The notes under the pieces were generated by a model. It saw only the letters and a program-made list of their open reading frames with translations, was not told where the DNA came from and searched no databases. DNA of 64,000 nucleotides from Narcine bancroftii (lineage: Eukaryota): positions 178,436,001-178,500,000 of the forward strand of contig NC_091470.1 in NCBI RefSeq assembly GCF_036971445.1, in the 5' to 3' direction. The translations under genes and the position numbers were made by a program. Positions 12,590 to 24,424 of this stretch are shown here, in pieces; position 1 is the first letter of the stretch; each line of letters begins with the position of its first letter.

Positions 12590-12830
12590 AAGTCCACATT
12601 AGGGGAGTCGGGAGCTCGGATGGGCTGGGACTGGCTGGTAGGTCCACATTAGGGGAGTCAGGAGCTCAGATGGGCCCGGACCGGCTGGTAAGTCCACATT
12701 AGGGGAGTCGGAAGCTCGGATGGGCCGGGACCAGCTGGTAAGTCCACATTAGGGGAGTCAGGAACTCGGATGGGCCGGAACCGGCTGGTAAATCCACATT
12801 AGGGGAGTCGGGAACTCGGATGGGCGGCCA
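12590..12830. repeat. 50-bp minisatellite, about 5 copies
   Basis: GTCCACATTAGGGGAGTC recurs at 12592, 12642, 12692, 12742 and 12792. Confidence 0.88.
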
Positions 12831-12834
12831 TATC

Positions 12835-13360
12835 TTCGGTTGACCAAATTAAACAGTTTGGAACATCATTAAGAAGAAACAGTGACTGGTGAGCTCAGGC
12901 ATTGCAAAGGGACTGGTTGGCCAAGGAAGACCTAAGCAGGTCTCTTACTGTTCTATTCTTGTTTATCAGCCTTGTAATGACTTCTTTGACCTTCCTTGGC
13001 ACAACTCTGATCCTCATGTTGAAAAATGGCGACTTCAGGCTCCAAAAGTGATCAAAAGCCTCAAATCCAGCCCAGCTCTCTTCTACCTGCTCGAACAAAG
13101 CCATTAAACACATCTGAGTTCTCACAAACACCTGTAAAGCCAAATGTCCGAACGTTATGGTGCCCTGAAATGGGGAGACTATGTATAAAAAGTGCTGTAA
13201 CTTCCACAAGGTCAAACCCAAATGTTTACAAATAACCATGAATAAATTCCGGATGGTCCACTTTAAGCACATGTGAATTATTTGATGACAAATTCAAAAC
13301 TGTGGAGCACAGGGGAAAATGATGGGGAGGAGGGTCTTTGTCCCAACACGTTATGGAGGG
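12835..13360. mobile_element. Probable Tc1-like transposon terminal fragment
   Basis: Two spaced direct-repeat motifs (TGTCCGAACGTTATGG at 13145; TGTCCCAACACGTTATGG at 13339), as in IR/DR-type Tc1 ends; GRPKQ N-terminal transposase-like remnant. Confidence 0.45.
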
Positions 13361-13474
13361 GGGGGGGTGGTGAGTACCTACACAGGTTTGACTTCCCAGT
13401 TCATGCAGGGTTGAACAATGAGAAGTCTAGGGATTAAATGGGCCCCGTCAATGTTATCAGTGGGTTGACCACCC

Positions 13475-14049
13475 CTACGCCCCCCCCCACCCGCACTCCT
13501 GACGCTGGTCCAGGAGGTCTGACCCCGTCAGGGACCTGGAGCAGATGTGCAGTTGTTTGTTGGTGTCCCAAGTCACAATGAGAGGGTAGAGTTTCTCCGA
13601 GAAGCTGTTGCCACTGTAGGTGTGGAGATGAGACCTGGTGTCCACACCATAAAACATGATGGTTCCAGACTCGTAGCTGAGGTAGACTCCCACCTTCTGG
13701 GGGATGGGGTCAGCACGGAGATTGGTTTCAGGGATGGTGAAGGCACAGAATTCATTTCCCAACCGCCTGATGCTCCAGAATCCATTCTCCGGGACCATTT
13801 GGACCACATCCTTCCTTGCCACAGATTCAGCAGCGACTCCCAGCCGCCAACCTCGATTCCCTGTCACCTCCACCTCCCAGTAGTGCTTCCCCGAGGCAAA
13901 TCCCTCCGATCCCAGCACGCAAAACCAGGCCATGAACCTCTTCTCATTGTTCGGGACCTCTCTCCAGGCTCCAGTGTCTGTCACACTCTTCCCATCCTTG
14001 GACACCTTGAGCCGCTGGTGGGCTGTGTCCACGTCCAGAGAGATGGAGG
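13475..14049 (-). CDS. Butyrophilin-like gene, terminal exon: B30.2 (PRY/SPRY) domain
   Basis: (A)SISLDVDTAHQRL..GKHYWEVEV..PENGFW..KVGVYLSYESG..LYP; acceptor ccacttccag; stop TAG at 13475-13477. Confidence 0.95.
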
Positions 14050-15065
14050 CTGGAAGTGGTGAGAGAAGGAGAGAGTCCATTGGGGTCCAGTTGGGGGGGA
14101 GGGGGTCAGGCAGTAGAGGTGTATCTCCAGGTGGAGATGCTCAGACAGAAACAGCCCCGGGGTCTCGCATAGAGGGGATAGAAGGGGGTGAAGGCTGAGT
14201 GGTCAGTATTATTGAAGGGGCATGGCGATTGAGGAACGAGGGTGGCTGGGGATGCAGGAGGGGGAAAAGTGAGGTGGGGAGGAGGGGGAGGTTGTATTTT
14301 GAAGGGGAGAGGGTGGGTGGACACGGGTGATTGGGGGAGTGAGGGAGGAGGTAGAGGATGGAGGTGGGTTGAGGTAAGATGAAGGAGAGGTGGGGAGGAG
14401 TGGGAGGGAGGAGGGAGAGAGGGTGGGCTGTGGAGGAGTGGCTAAGGGGAGATCGAGAGGTGGAAAAGGGGGTGAGGGGAGATCGAGGGGTGAGAGGGGA
14501 AATTGAAGGGGAGGGGGTGAAGGGAGATTGAGGGGTGAGGGGGGGAGATTGAGGGGAGAAGGAGATTGAGGGGAAGAGGGGGTGAGGAGATCGAGGGGAG
14601 GAGGTGAGAGATTGAGGGGAGGAGGGAGTGAGGGGAGATCAAGGGTTGAGGGGGTAAGGGGAGATCAAAAGGGGAAGGGGAGATTGGGGAGAAGAGGGGG
14701 TGAGGGGAGATCGAGGGGGAGGGGGTGAAGGAAGATCGAGAGGAAGAGGGGAAGAGAGATTGAGGGGAGGAGGAGGTGAGGGGAGATTGAGGGGGGAGAT
14801 CGGGGGTGAGGGGAGATTGGTGGGAAACTGAGGCAGTTAATCTGGGGATGAACGGGAGACAGGGGATGTGTGGCATTCCGAGAGTGGGGCAGGGAGAAAT
14901 CAAGTGTTGGATGGAGAGACTTGAAGGAGGAGGGGGATGAGGGTGAAGGAGAGAATGAGGGGTAGCTCGGGGGGGGGGGGAGACATTGAGGAGCATGGGG
15001 TGAAGGGCAGGTTCATGGATAAACAGAAGGGTAGTGGGGCAACAGAGGGAACGTTCTGCACTTAC

Positions 15066-15092
15066 CATAATTTATTCTCACTTCTTTGTAAC
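15066..15092 (-). CDS. Butyrophilin-like gene, 27-nt exon (G)YKEVRINY
   Basis: tcttgtgcag|..|gtaagt; phase 1-1; joins in frame to B30.2. Confidence 0.85.
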
Positions 15093-16316
15093 CTGCACAA
15101 GACAGAAAGGTGGTGGTGGAAATTACAGAGGATAATGTGTTGGATATGAAGGCGGGGGGGAGGTGGTCGGTGAGGACAAGGGAAACCCTGTGTCCGCCGT
15201 GTCTGGGGATGGAAGGGGAAAGTCGAAAAAATGAGATGAGACTGGGAGGACAGAGAGGCTGTAATAGGGAGGCTTTGCGGCTCTGGCCTTGGGGGAATTT
15301 GTGGCTGTCGGGGTTGCCTCGTGCACCTGTGATGGGCTCGTCACTTCGTTCACTCTGCTGCCAATCTCAAATTCTCTGTCTTGGGAGACAAGCTTTCTAC
15401 AGATGTGTTTTATAAACCCACAACTACCTGGACTTGCACGTCCTCACACCCAGTCACCTGTATGGTGATATGTAATTACACCACTACGTCACCAGGGGGC
15501 ATCCCAGTGACCTTGTATATAAAGTAGTCCAGAGTTGCAGTCTACCCTTCCAGGTTCGTCTTGCAGAGAGACAAGACCTCTTAGTGTACATATTAGTTTA
15601 TTAAAGCTGTCTTATACTCACACTGCTGGTGTGGTTATTGTCAGTACAATTTAACAAACTAATATTATAGCTACTAGGATGGAAGCTGCTTCTGCTCTGA
15701 CGCACATTCCCAACCACCTGGAGACTCATCCTGAGGAGGAATCCGAGGGCGACCAGCACACACGTGCATCCGAGGACAGAGACGGCAAGGGACTGCTGTA
15801 CTGGACTCGTGGTGGAATGCGGGATAGACCATAGAAGTAAGAAATGGCCAAGAGCCCTGCCTGCCCATGGGTTCGCCAGTACAGGTGCCACTGACCCTAA
15901 ACCCCGGTCCAATCAGAAAGGGGCCACTACAAGCGCGGGTGGAAGGATCTCTACAAGTTGTGCTCCCAATCGCCACGTATGTGCAGAATTCCTGACCACT
16001 CCAGAGCCAAGGAAAGCAGACTCCGCTACCGTCACTCCCCCAACAGCAGTTTCCCCAGTACCATGGAGACCTGATGCTACCGCTGGGATCCCCCCTAAAT
16101 CCGCTGCAAACGTCCCAAAGCCAGAGACTCAGCCAACAGCCCAAAGCACCCAGGTTACTCTTCCAGCAGACACAAGCCCCACAGAGGCTCTACCAGCAGC
16201 TCCCAGTACCCCAGGGTCCGCCCTTGCTACACCTAGACCCAGAGACCACGTGGAGACAAGGAACGACTCCTGGGGTGTCCCCACATTACCTAAGGGACCA
16301 GAGACTGCAGCTTAGA

Positions 16317-19300
16317 CATGTGCTGCGACCAGACAGGCTGGAGCTCGACCCCAGAAATCCTGGAGCTGGTACGCACTTCGGCCACTGGCAGAAATGCTTT
16401 CTGAATTATGTGGAGGGTGCGGAGGCATTGGATAAAGAGCTATTAATGCTGCTGTTAGTGCAGCTGGGAGACCACCCTTACTCCTTGACACAGGATGTCA
16501 GGTCCTACCAAGAGGCAATGAGCACTTTACAGAGGCATTACAGTAAGGGGCATAGTGAACTCCACTCCCGGTACAGACTCATGACCAGGTCACAACAAGT
16601 AGGGGAATCTGCCAGAGACTTTATACTCTCTCTGAAAGACCTGGCGAGAGGCTGCAATTTTAAAGCAGTATCAGCTCAGGAGTATGTGGAGGACCTTATT
16701 AGCGACAGAATTGTTGCGGGCATACGGTCCACTAAGATGAGACATTGATTGCTGGAGAAAGGAATGGTGGGGCTAGATGAGGCAGAGACTATTGCAGAAG
16801 CTTTAGAAAGCACCAGGAAAGAATTGGAGGAGTACTCACAGGAGCCTGGGGCTGGGACTGGGACAAATGTCACACTGCTGGACTCTAGCCCCACGAAAAG
16901 AAAAGTATGCTGCCTCTGTACTGACAATAACCACACCTGCAGTGCGTGTATAAGACAGCTTTAATAAACTAATATGTACACTAAGACGTCTTGTCTCTCT
17001 GCAAGACGAACCTGGAAGGCTAGACTGTAGCTCTGGATTGCTTTATATACAAGGTTACCGGGATGCCCCCTGGTGACCTAGTGGTGTAATTACATTTCAC
17101 CACAGTCTTGCAAGAATTCACAGCAGCAGCAACACACCTTGAGGGTCCCAAGTGCTTTTTCTGTGGACAAAGAAAGGACCCCAGAGCCCTCTGCCCTGCC
17201 AGAGAAAATGTCTGTTCCAACTGTGGAAAACGTGGGCATAATGCAAAAGTCTGCAGAAGCCCCAAGGCCACAGCCAAGGCCCATTCTCATGCTAAGGAGA
17301 GATGTGAAAGCTCTTCTTTCTTCACAGACATACAGAAGAAGAATGCCATGTGCAGCCAGCCATCTTGGACAAATGCTACAGAGCAGAAGACACAGTCTTC
17401 AGGAGAGGAACATGACGTCAAGTACTATCGGATGGAAGGACACGAAGGACACGCCAGTCTCGCTTCCCTATGTATGAATTGGGTGAGTCCACACAATTTA
17501 TCTGATGCCACTGTGTGCATCAAAATTAATGATGTAAAGGTAAATTGCTTAATAGATAGTGGAAGCACAGAAAGTTTTATTGACCAGGGGTTAGTCAACC
17601 GCCTTGCCCTCCCCACACGCCCGAGTGAGCACTGGATCCTGTTAGCAGCCAGCAGCCTTGCGGCTGAGGTAAAATAGTTTTGCAGGATTACTCTGGAAAT
17701 CCAGAGCACAAAATACGAAGGGTTCAAATGACTAGTACTCCCTCACCTCTGTGCCCCGGTACTATTGGGGTTAGATTTTCAGTGCCTGTTAGAAAGCACA
17801 ATGGGGCTCACCCCCCACTACGCCTTACAATGAAACAACACTGCAGCCTGTCTGTCCTGAACATAGAACCCTCTCCACTGTTCACCCACCTGACCCCAGA
17901 ATGCACACCATAAGCCACAAAGAGCAGGAGGTACAGCCCGAGGGACAGAGCCTTCATTAGGACAGAGGTCTGCAGGCTACTACAGGAGGGGGTCATAGAG
18001 CAGAGCACCAGCCCTTGGAGAGCCCAGACAGTTGTAGTAAAGTCAAGAGAAAAACTGCGCGTGATAGTGGATTACAGCCAGATAATCAACAAATTTACAC
18101 AAGTGGATGCCTACCCCCTGCCACGCATAGCAGACATGGTCAACAACATTGCGCAGAATAAGGTGTTCTCCACTTGAAGGCAGCATACCACCAACTGCCC
18201 ATTCGAAACAACGATCACATTTACACGGTATTTGAGGCAGATGGCAGGCTGTATCAATTTCTGTGACTCCCCTTCGGTGTCACCAATGGAGTGTCCCTGT
18301 TTCAGAGAGAAATGGACCGAATAGTAGATGAGTTCCAACTGAAAGTGGTGTTCCCCTACTTAGACAATGTGACAATCTGTGGCCACACTCAGGAGGATGA
18401 CATAATTTAAAACGCTTCTTCCAGGCAGCCAAGGAAAGGAAACAAACATAGAACAGGGACAAATGCATCTTCAGCACCAGGAAGTTGCCAATCATGGACT
18501 ACATAGTACAGAAAAGGGAAATCAGCCCAGACCCAGCCTGTATGCGCCCTCTCCTAGACCTCCCAGTGCCACACACACTGAAAGCACTAAAAAGATGTTT
18601 GGGACTGTTCACTTACTACACCCAATGGGTCCCCAACTACGCCAACAGGGCCCACCCACTTATAAAAGCCTCAGTTTTCCCACTGTGCCCAGCAGCCACC
18701 AGAGCATTCAGGGACATTAGGGACCATATCACTAAAGCTACCAAGCGGTCCATAGATGAGTCGATCCCGTTTCAAGTAGAAATGGATGCATCCGATGTGG
18801 CTCTGGCAGCCACCCTAAACCAAGATGAACGACTGGTGGCCTTTTTCTTGCAAACCCTACAGGGGTCAGACGTAAGACACTCAGCAGTAGAGAAGGAGGC
18901 CCTAGCCATTGTGGAAGCAGTAAGGCACTGGCGACATTATCTGGCGTGCAAACACTTCACCCTCGTCATGGACCAACGGTCTGTCGCTTTTATGTTCGAT
19001 AACCAGAACAGAGGGAGAATTAAGAACGACAAAATCCTGCGCTGGTGGATAGAATTGTCTACATTTAACTACGACATTCTATACCACCCTGGGAGACTCA
19101 ACGAGCCCCTGGACGCGCTGTCCAGAGGCACTTGTGCCATCCTTAACCCCATGTCCCAGTTGCAGAACGTGCACAACGAGCTGGGACACCCAGTGGTCGC
19201 TAGACTGTTTCACTTCATTAAAACTCAAAACCTCCCATTTTCGGTCGAGGAAGTGAGGTCAGTGAACAAGAGCTGCCTCATCTGTGCAGAATGCAAACCG

Positions 19301-20359
19301 CAATTTTACCGGCCAAACAAAGCCACCCTGATAAAAGCTACCAAACCTTTTGAGCGCCTCAGCCTCGATTTTAAAGGCCCGCTCCTGTCCAATAATAGAA
19401 ATGTCTATTTCCTAAACGTAATCGATGAATATTCCCATTTCCCCATCGCAATCCCGTGTTCTGATGTATCAGCAGCCACTGTTATAAAATGCCTCCAACC
19501 CATCTTCAGCATATTTGGGTACCTGAACTACATACACACAGACAGGGGGGTTGCATTCATGAGCACAGAAGTACAGCAGTACCTGCACGAGAGAGGGATT
19601 GCTACCAGCCGCACTACAAGTTACAATCCCAGGGGGAATGGACAAGTCGAAAGGGAAAATGCCACTATCTGGAAAACAGTCCTCTTGACCTTAAAAGCAA
19701 AAGACCTGCCTGTTACTAGATGGCAAGAAGTGTTGCCAGAAGCCCTACACTCTATATGTTCTTTGTTGTGTACTGCCACTAACATGATACCACATGACTG
19801 TATCTTTTCTTTCACAAGGAAACCCACCTCGGGCACATTGCTGCCTAAATGGATGATGACACCGGGACCTGTTCTCCTCCGGAAACACTGCAGACCCCAC
19901 AAAGCGGACCTGCTGGTGGTTCAAGTGGAGTTGAGGCACGCGAACCCTCAGTATGCCTTCGTCACATTCCCATGGAAAAGAAGACTCGGTGACCACCAGG
20001 GATCTCACGCCAGCCGGATGTGTGAACAACGCGGAGGAAATACAGATGTCTACGATTCAACAAGGAGCGCAGCAGCCGTCACTGGAACAGTCGTCCATCG
20101 AGTCACCCCAGAGGACTCCACCACCCACTCCGGAAATCAGGATCCTGGGTACACCCGCCCCACAAAATATCACCACCCTAGACGATGGCAGGACCTAATC
20201 CCATACAAGAGGATCCCCAGCCCACACGGCCATCTAGTACTTCCCACTCCCACACCTCCACCAAGAAAGGCCGAAAGGCAGACTGCACTCTCCCTCCATA
20301 TACCACTACCGAGGAGGTCCAGAAGGCAATGGAAACCACAAAAAATTTTGGACTTATGA
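16317..20359 (+). pseudogene. Gypsy gag-pol remnants
   Basis: Gag VLRPDRLELDP; knuckle CSNCGKRGHNAKVC; protease LIDSGS; RT YLDN; RNase H DASD..EKEALA; integrase DFKGP/DRG/GNGQVER in the open 18485-20359 segment; multiple stops and frameshifts. Confidence 0.92.
16917..17104 (-). mobile_element. Solo LTR of the same family, inserted antisense in the Gypsy gag
   Basis: Reverse complement matches 15461-15648; TG..CA ends; degenerate TSD GCCTC/GTCTT. Confidence 0.92.
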
Positions 20360-21844
20360 ACTTACAAACAAGGGAAGGAGAACAGGGGGGGGGATAACAA
20401 TTTTTTAAGGGAGGTGAATGCGGTGATATGTAATTACACCACTAGGTCACCAGGGGTCACCCCAGTGACCTTGTCTATAAAGCAGTCCAGAGCTACAGTC
20501 TAGCCTTCCAGGTCTGTCTTGCAGAGACAAGACCTCTTAGTGTACATATTAGTTTATTAAAGCTGTCTTATACTCGCACTGCTGGTGTAGTTATTGTCAG
20601 TACAACCTGCAAGGATTCCATCCCCTTCTCTCAAATTCCCCGACTCCGCCGCATCTGTTCCCAAGATGGGGTCTTCCGGAAGGTCCTCCATCTTCCACAA
20701 ACATGGCTTCCCCTCCACCACCATCAGCTCAGCCCTCACCCACATCTCCACCATTTCCCACTCATCTACCCTTGCTCTTCCGCACCCCCCAGACATAAGG
20801 ACAGGATTCCCCTTGTCCTCACTTACCACCCCACCAGCCTCCACATCCAACACATCCTCCTCCAGAATTTCTGGCACTTACAACAGGATCCCACCACCAG
20901 ATACATCTTCCCCTCTCCGACTTCTGTAGGGACTCTCCCTCCATCATTTCCTTGCCCACTCATCCCTGCCCACCAATTGCCCCCTTGGCACCTTCCCCTG
21001 TGACCACTAGGTGCCACTCTTGCGCCCACACCTCCTGCCCCACCAACGTTCGGGGTCCCAAACAGCCCGTCCAAGTGAAGCAACACTTCCCTTGTGTGTC
21101 TGCGGGAGTCATCTACTGCGTCTGGTGATCTCGTTATGGCCCCCTCTACGTCGGGACTGGGAAATCGTTTCGCTGAGCACCTTCACTCTATCTGCATCAG
21201 TGACGGGGATCTCCCAGGGCCCAACCACTCAATTCTGCACCCCCACTCGCAGGCCGATATTTCTGTCCATAGAAATTGGAGGGGCAACACCTTATTTTCC
21301 GGATGGGTCCCTCCCCAAACGGACAGCATTAACATCAACTTCTCCGCTTTCTGCCAGCCCACTCCCCATTCCCCATCCCTCCATCTCCTTCCCTCCCCAT
21401 TCACAGAGTTGTCCCCCCTCCTCCTGTTCGCTGCTGTGCCCTCCCTCCCTTATCCACCTATTACCCCCTCCCCATGGGACTGTGCTCCTCCCCTAAACCC
21501 CCCCCCCTCACCATTTTGTTCAGATGTCTGCTGATATCTTGCTTGTACCTTGATGGAACTAAAGAACAGAAATAATCCCCTTGGCCCTTCTAGTCTGTGC
21601 TGAAATCGGGCGCCTGCCTAAATTTTGGTTGTACCTTGATGAAGGCCTCAGGCCTGAAACGTCGGTGATTTATCATTACCTCCTGTGGATGCTGCGAGAC
21701 CAGTCGAGTTCCTACAGCATTTCTGTGTTTTTACTACAGTCACAGCATCTGCAGACTGTCGTGTTTCACTTCCAAACTTTGCATGGTTCATTTCCTAATA
21801 AGTCAGCCTTTTTTTTTCTGGCTCAGACAGCTCGCCAGTGATAA

Positions 21845-22365
21845 TATTTCATTAGGTGATTGAGGAGATTCGGTCTGTCACCAAAAACACTCGCAAACCT
21901 CTCCAGGTGGACTGTGGGGAGCATCCTGGCCGGTTGCATCACTGCCTGGTACGGAGGCACCAACTCTCAGGACAGGAATGAACTCCAGAGGGTTGTGAAC
22001 TCGGCCTGCGACATCACGGGCACCAGATTCCATCTGATGAAGACATCTAAATGAGGCAGTGTCTTAAAAAGGCAGCCTCTATCCTCAAGGACCCCCACCA
22101 CCCAGGGCCATGCCCTCTTCACTCTGCTACCATTGGGGAAAAGGTACAGGAGCCTGAAGACGAGCACTCAGCAGCACAAGGACAGCTTCTTCCTTCCTCC
22201 CACCCCCCACCCCGACATCAGATTCCCGAACGGTCAATGAATCACAGACACGGCCTGTTTGACTTTCTATGGACTATTTTTAAATATTGTTGTAAGACGG
22301 ATTATATAAATGTTTACACTGTGACGCTGCTGCAAAATTTCGTGACTCGCTTGAGACAATAAATT
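21845..22365 (+). mobile_element. Rex1/Babar-like LINE 3' fragment
   Basis: GSILAGCITAWYGG..LQRVVNSA and CLKKAASILKDPHHP. Confidence 0.75.
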
Positions 22366-23135
22366 CAGTTTCTGTTTGAGTTGAGGACGCTGGAGTGAAA
22401 GAATGTGTGGGGTTGAGGGTGGCTTTATTGAGGGAAGAGTGAGGAGTGCAGGCATGGCGGGGGGAGAACATGAGGAGAGAGAATCCTCAGTAGTCCTACT
22501 GAGACAGGGGCAGGAAGGAAATCTTGTAAAAGCACGAGCAGGGGAACTCACACTACCCGTGGGATATATGACCAGCGTTTCAGGCCTGAGGCCTTCCTCA
22601 AGGTACAAGCGAAGAACAGGAAGGCACCTGAATAAAGACTGAAGGCCGGCAACAAACAATCTGCAGGAGGATCTCAGGGGGTCCAGCAGCAAGAGAATTA
22701 GAACGGTAAACGTTTCGGGTCAGAACCCCTCGAGATCTAAATCAAGGCTTCCAATACGAAATGTTGGCCATTCGACCGGCTGAGTTGCTCCAGGTACCGC
22801 CACCTGCGCGGTCTCTGGCGCAAATCCAGGGAGATATAGACAGGTTGAGAGAGTGGGTAACATTGCTGTGCAAATGCATGGAGGGGGTTAGCACCCAAGG
22901 CCCTCAACGCTCTGGTGCGGCACGTTGGGCCCGTGTAGTGATGAATGAAACACAAAAGTCTGTGACTGTAATAGAGACCCAGAGATACTGGAGGAGTTCA
23001 CAGCATCATATATCACCGATGTTTCGGGCCACTGGTCTAATAGGGAGCAGAGTAGTGGGAATAGGATGACAGGGATGGGGGGGGGGGGGGTGGAGGGGGA
23101 GGTCGGGAAATGTTTCTCTGACGTGCAGTATTTAC

Positions 23136-23162
23136 CTTCCAAACTGCAAAACAACTGGAGTT
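23136..23162 (-). CDS. Butyrophilin-like gene, 27-nt exon (E)LQLFCSLE
   Basis: tgtttttcag|..|gtaaat; phase 1-1; size typical of BTN heptad exons. Confidence 0.85.
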
Positions 23163-23681
23163 CTGAAAAACAAAAAGCAAGACATTGTCAGTGGGCGAGA
23201 GCTGTAGGTATTTCAACACTGTACACAGACAGAGTACGATTCACATGATCCCCACCGGGTTCCCTGGCAGTGGAAGAGGGCGCCCTCAACTACTGGCCCA
23301 TGTGCTGACTACTGTGATGTCAACTTTCTATAGGAGCTCCATCGAGAGCATCCCGGCCGGCTGCATCGCAGTGTGGGGTACGGTCGCTGCGGAGAAATGG
23401 ATCGCAGGTCAATCCATAGGACCATAAGAGTGGCAGAGAGGATCACTGGGGTCTCCCTCCACCCCCCCCCCCCCACCACCTACCATCTACATGATCTACC
23501 AGGATCGTTTGACTGATGAGGGTGCACGAAATCATTGAGGACCCGTCGGGAAAGAGATACAGGAAGATCAGAGCCAGCCCCACCAGGCTGAGGAACAGCT
23601 TCTCCCCATGGGCAGCAAGAACGACCAAAGGAACCGCCCGCAATGACTGCCTGAGACTCTTGTATTCATAAAACAATAACT

Positions 23682-23716
<35 letters not shown>

Positions 23717-23726
23717 AGGACTTTTT

Positions 23727-23950
23727 GGTTAGCCTAGCAGTTAGCACAATGCTGTTACAGAGCCAGCGACTGGGACCGGGGTTTGAGTCTACGCTGTCTA
23801 TAAGGAGTCTGTACGTTCTCCCCGTGCCTGTGTGAAGCTTCCATTTCCTTCCACCCTTCAAAACGTACCAGGGGTGTAGATCAATTGGGCGGCACAGACT
23901 CGTGGGCCGGAAGGGCCCATTACTGTGCTGTATGTCTAAATTTAAAAAAA
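23727..23950 (+). mobile_element. HE1-like SINE
   Basis: Same head, core and tail as 9938-10135. Confidence 0.75.
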
Positions 23951-24424
23951 ATATGAATACCTGTCCTGCATCTGTACTGTTTGTGTGTGTGTGTGTGGGC
24001 CATTATATCTGGGTGTGTGTCTGCGTTCTTTGCACCGAGGACTGGAGGACGCTGCGTCGCCGTACAATAAACTTGAGTTGCTTCAGCTGGTTCTTGAAGC
24101 GGTCCTATCTATTGCATCACTAACCACAAGCAACGTCCCAGTTGCAGTTGCTTTTTGCAGCCAGGGTGTGAAAACCCCACTCACCTCACTGCCTTTGTTA
24201 TCATTTGCACGCCCTCAGTTTCCTGTGTTATACTGTGTATCATTCTGGGATTAACCTCAGCAAATGTTCCACCCCTGAGTTAAATCACGCCCCTGGTCAA
24301 TTTCATCTGTTATTTTCATTCAAAGTTCAGATTTATTGTCGAGGACCTAAGTTACATCACATATAACCCTAAGATTCTATTTTCCTGTGGGCCAGACATA
24401 ATTACCACTTATTAGTAGTGCAAT

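Larger units (their letters stand above)
15461..20604 (+). mobile_element. Full-length defective Gypsy LTR retrotransposon
   Basis: LTRs 15461-15648 and 20419-20604 (~92% identical by eye, ending CA); perfect 5-bp TSD ACCTG; purine tract before the 3' LTR; gag-PR-RT-RH-IN order. Confidence 0.96.
15105..21780 (+). mobile_element. Degenerate Penelope-like element split by the Gypsy insertion, with an inverted piece at ~15105-15330
   Basis: TDVFYKPT..SSHPVT (15400-15460) continues as CKDSIPFS..RLRRICS (from 20605), then PLVLTYHP and a GIY-YIG-like GVIYC..RFAEHL region. Confidence 0.75.

Noticed and set aside
13475-14080. B30.2 as a stand-alone gene or TRIM exon
   Set aside because: The ORF-track start lies in the intron pyrimidine tract; no RING or B-box exons seen; it splices in frame to the BTN exons
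24185-24274. Possible extra 90-nt BTN exon (cag..gtgagt on the minus strand)
   Set aside because: Open only in phase 2; in the phase 1 used by all BTN exons it hits TGA; no family similarity
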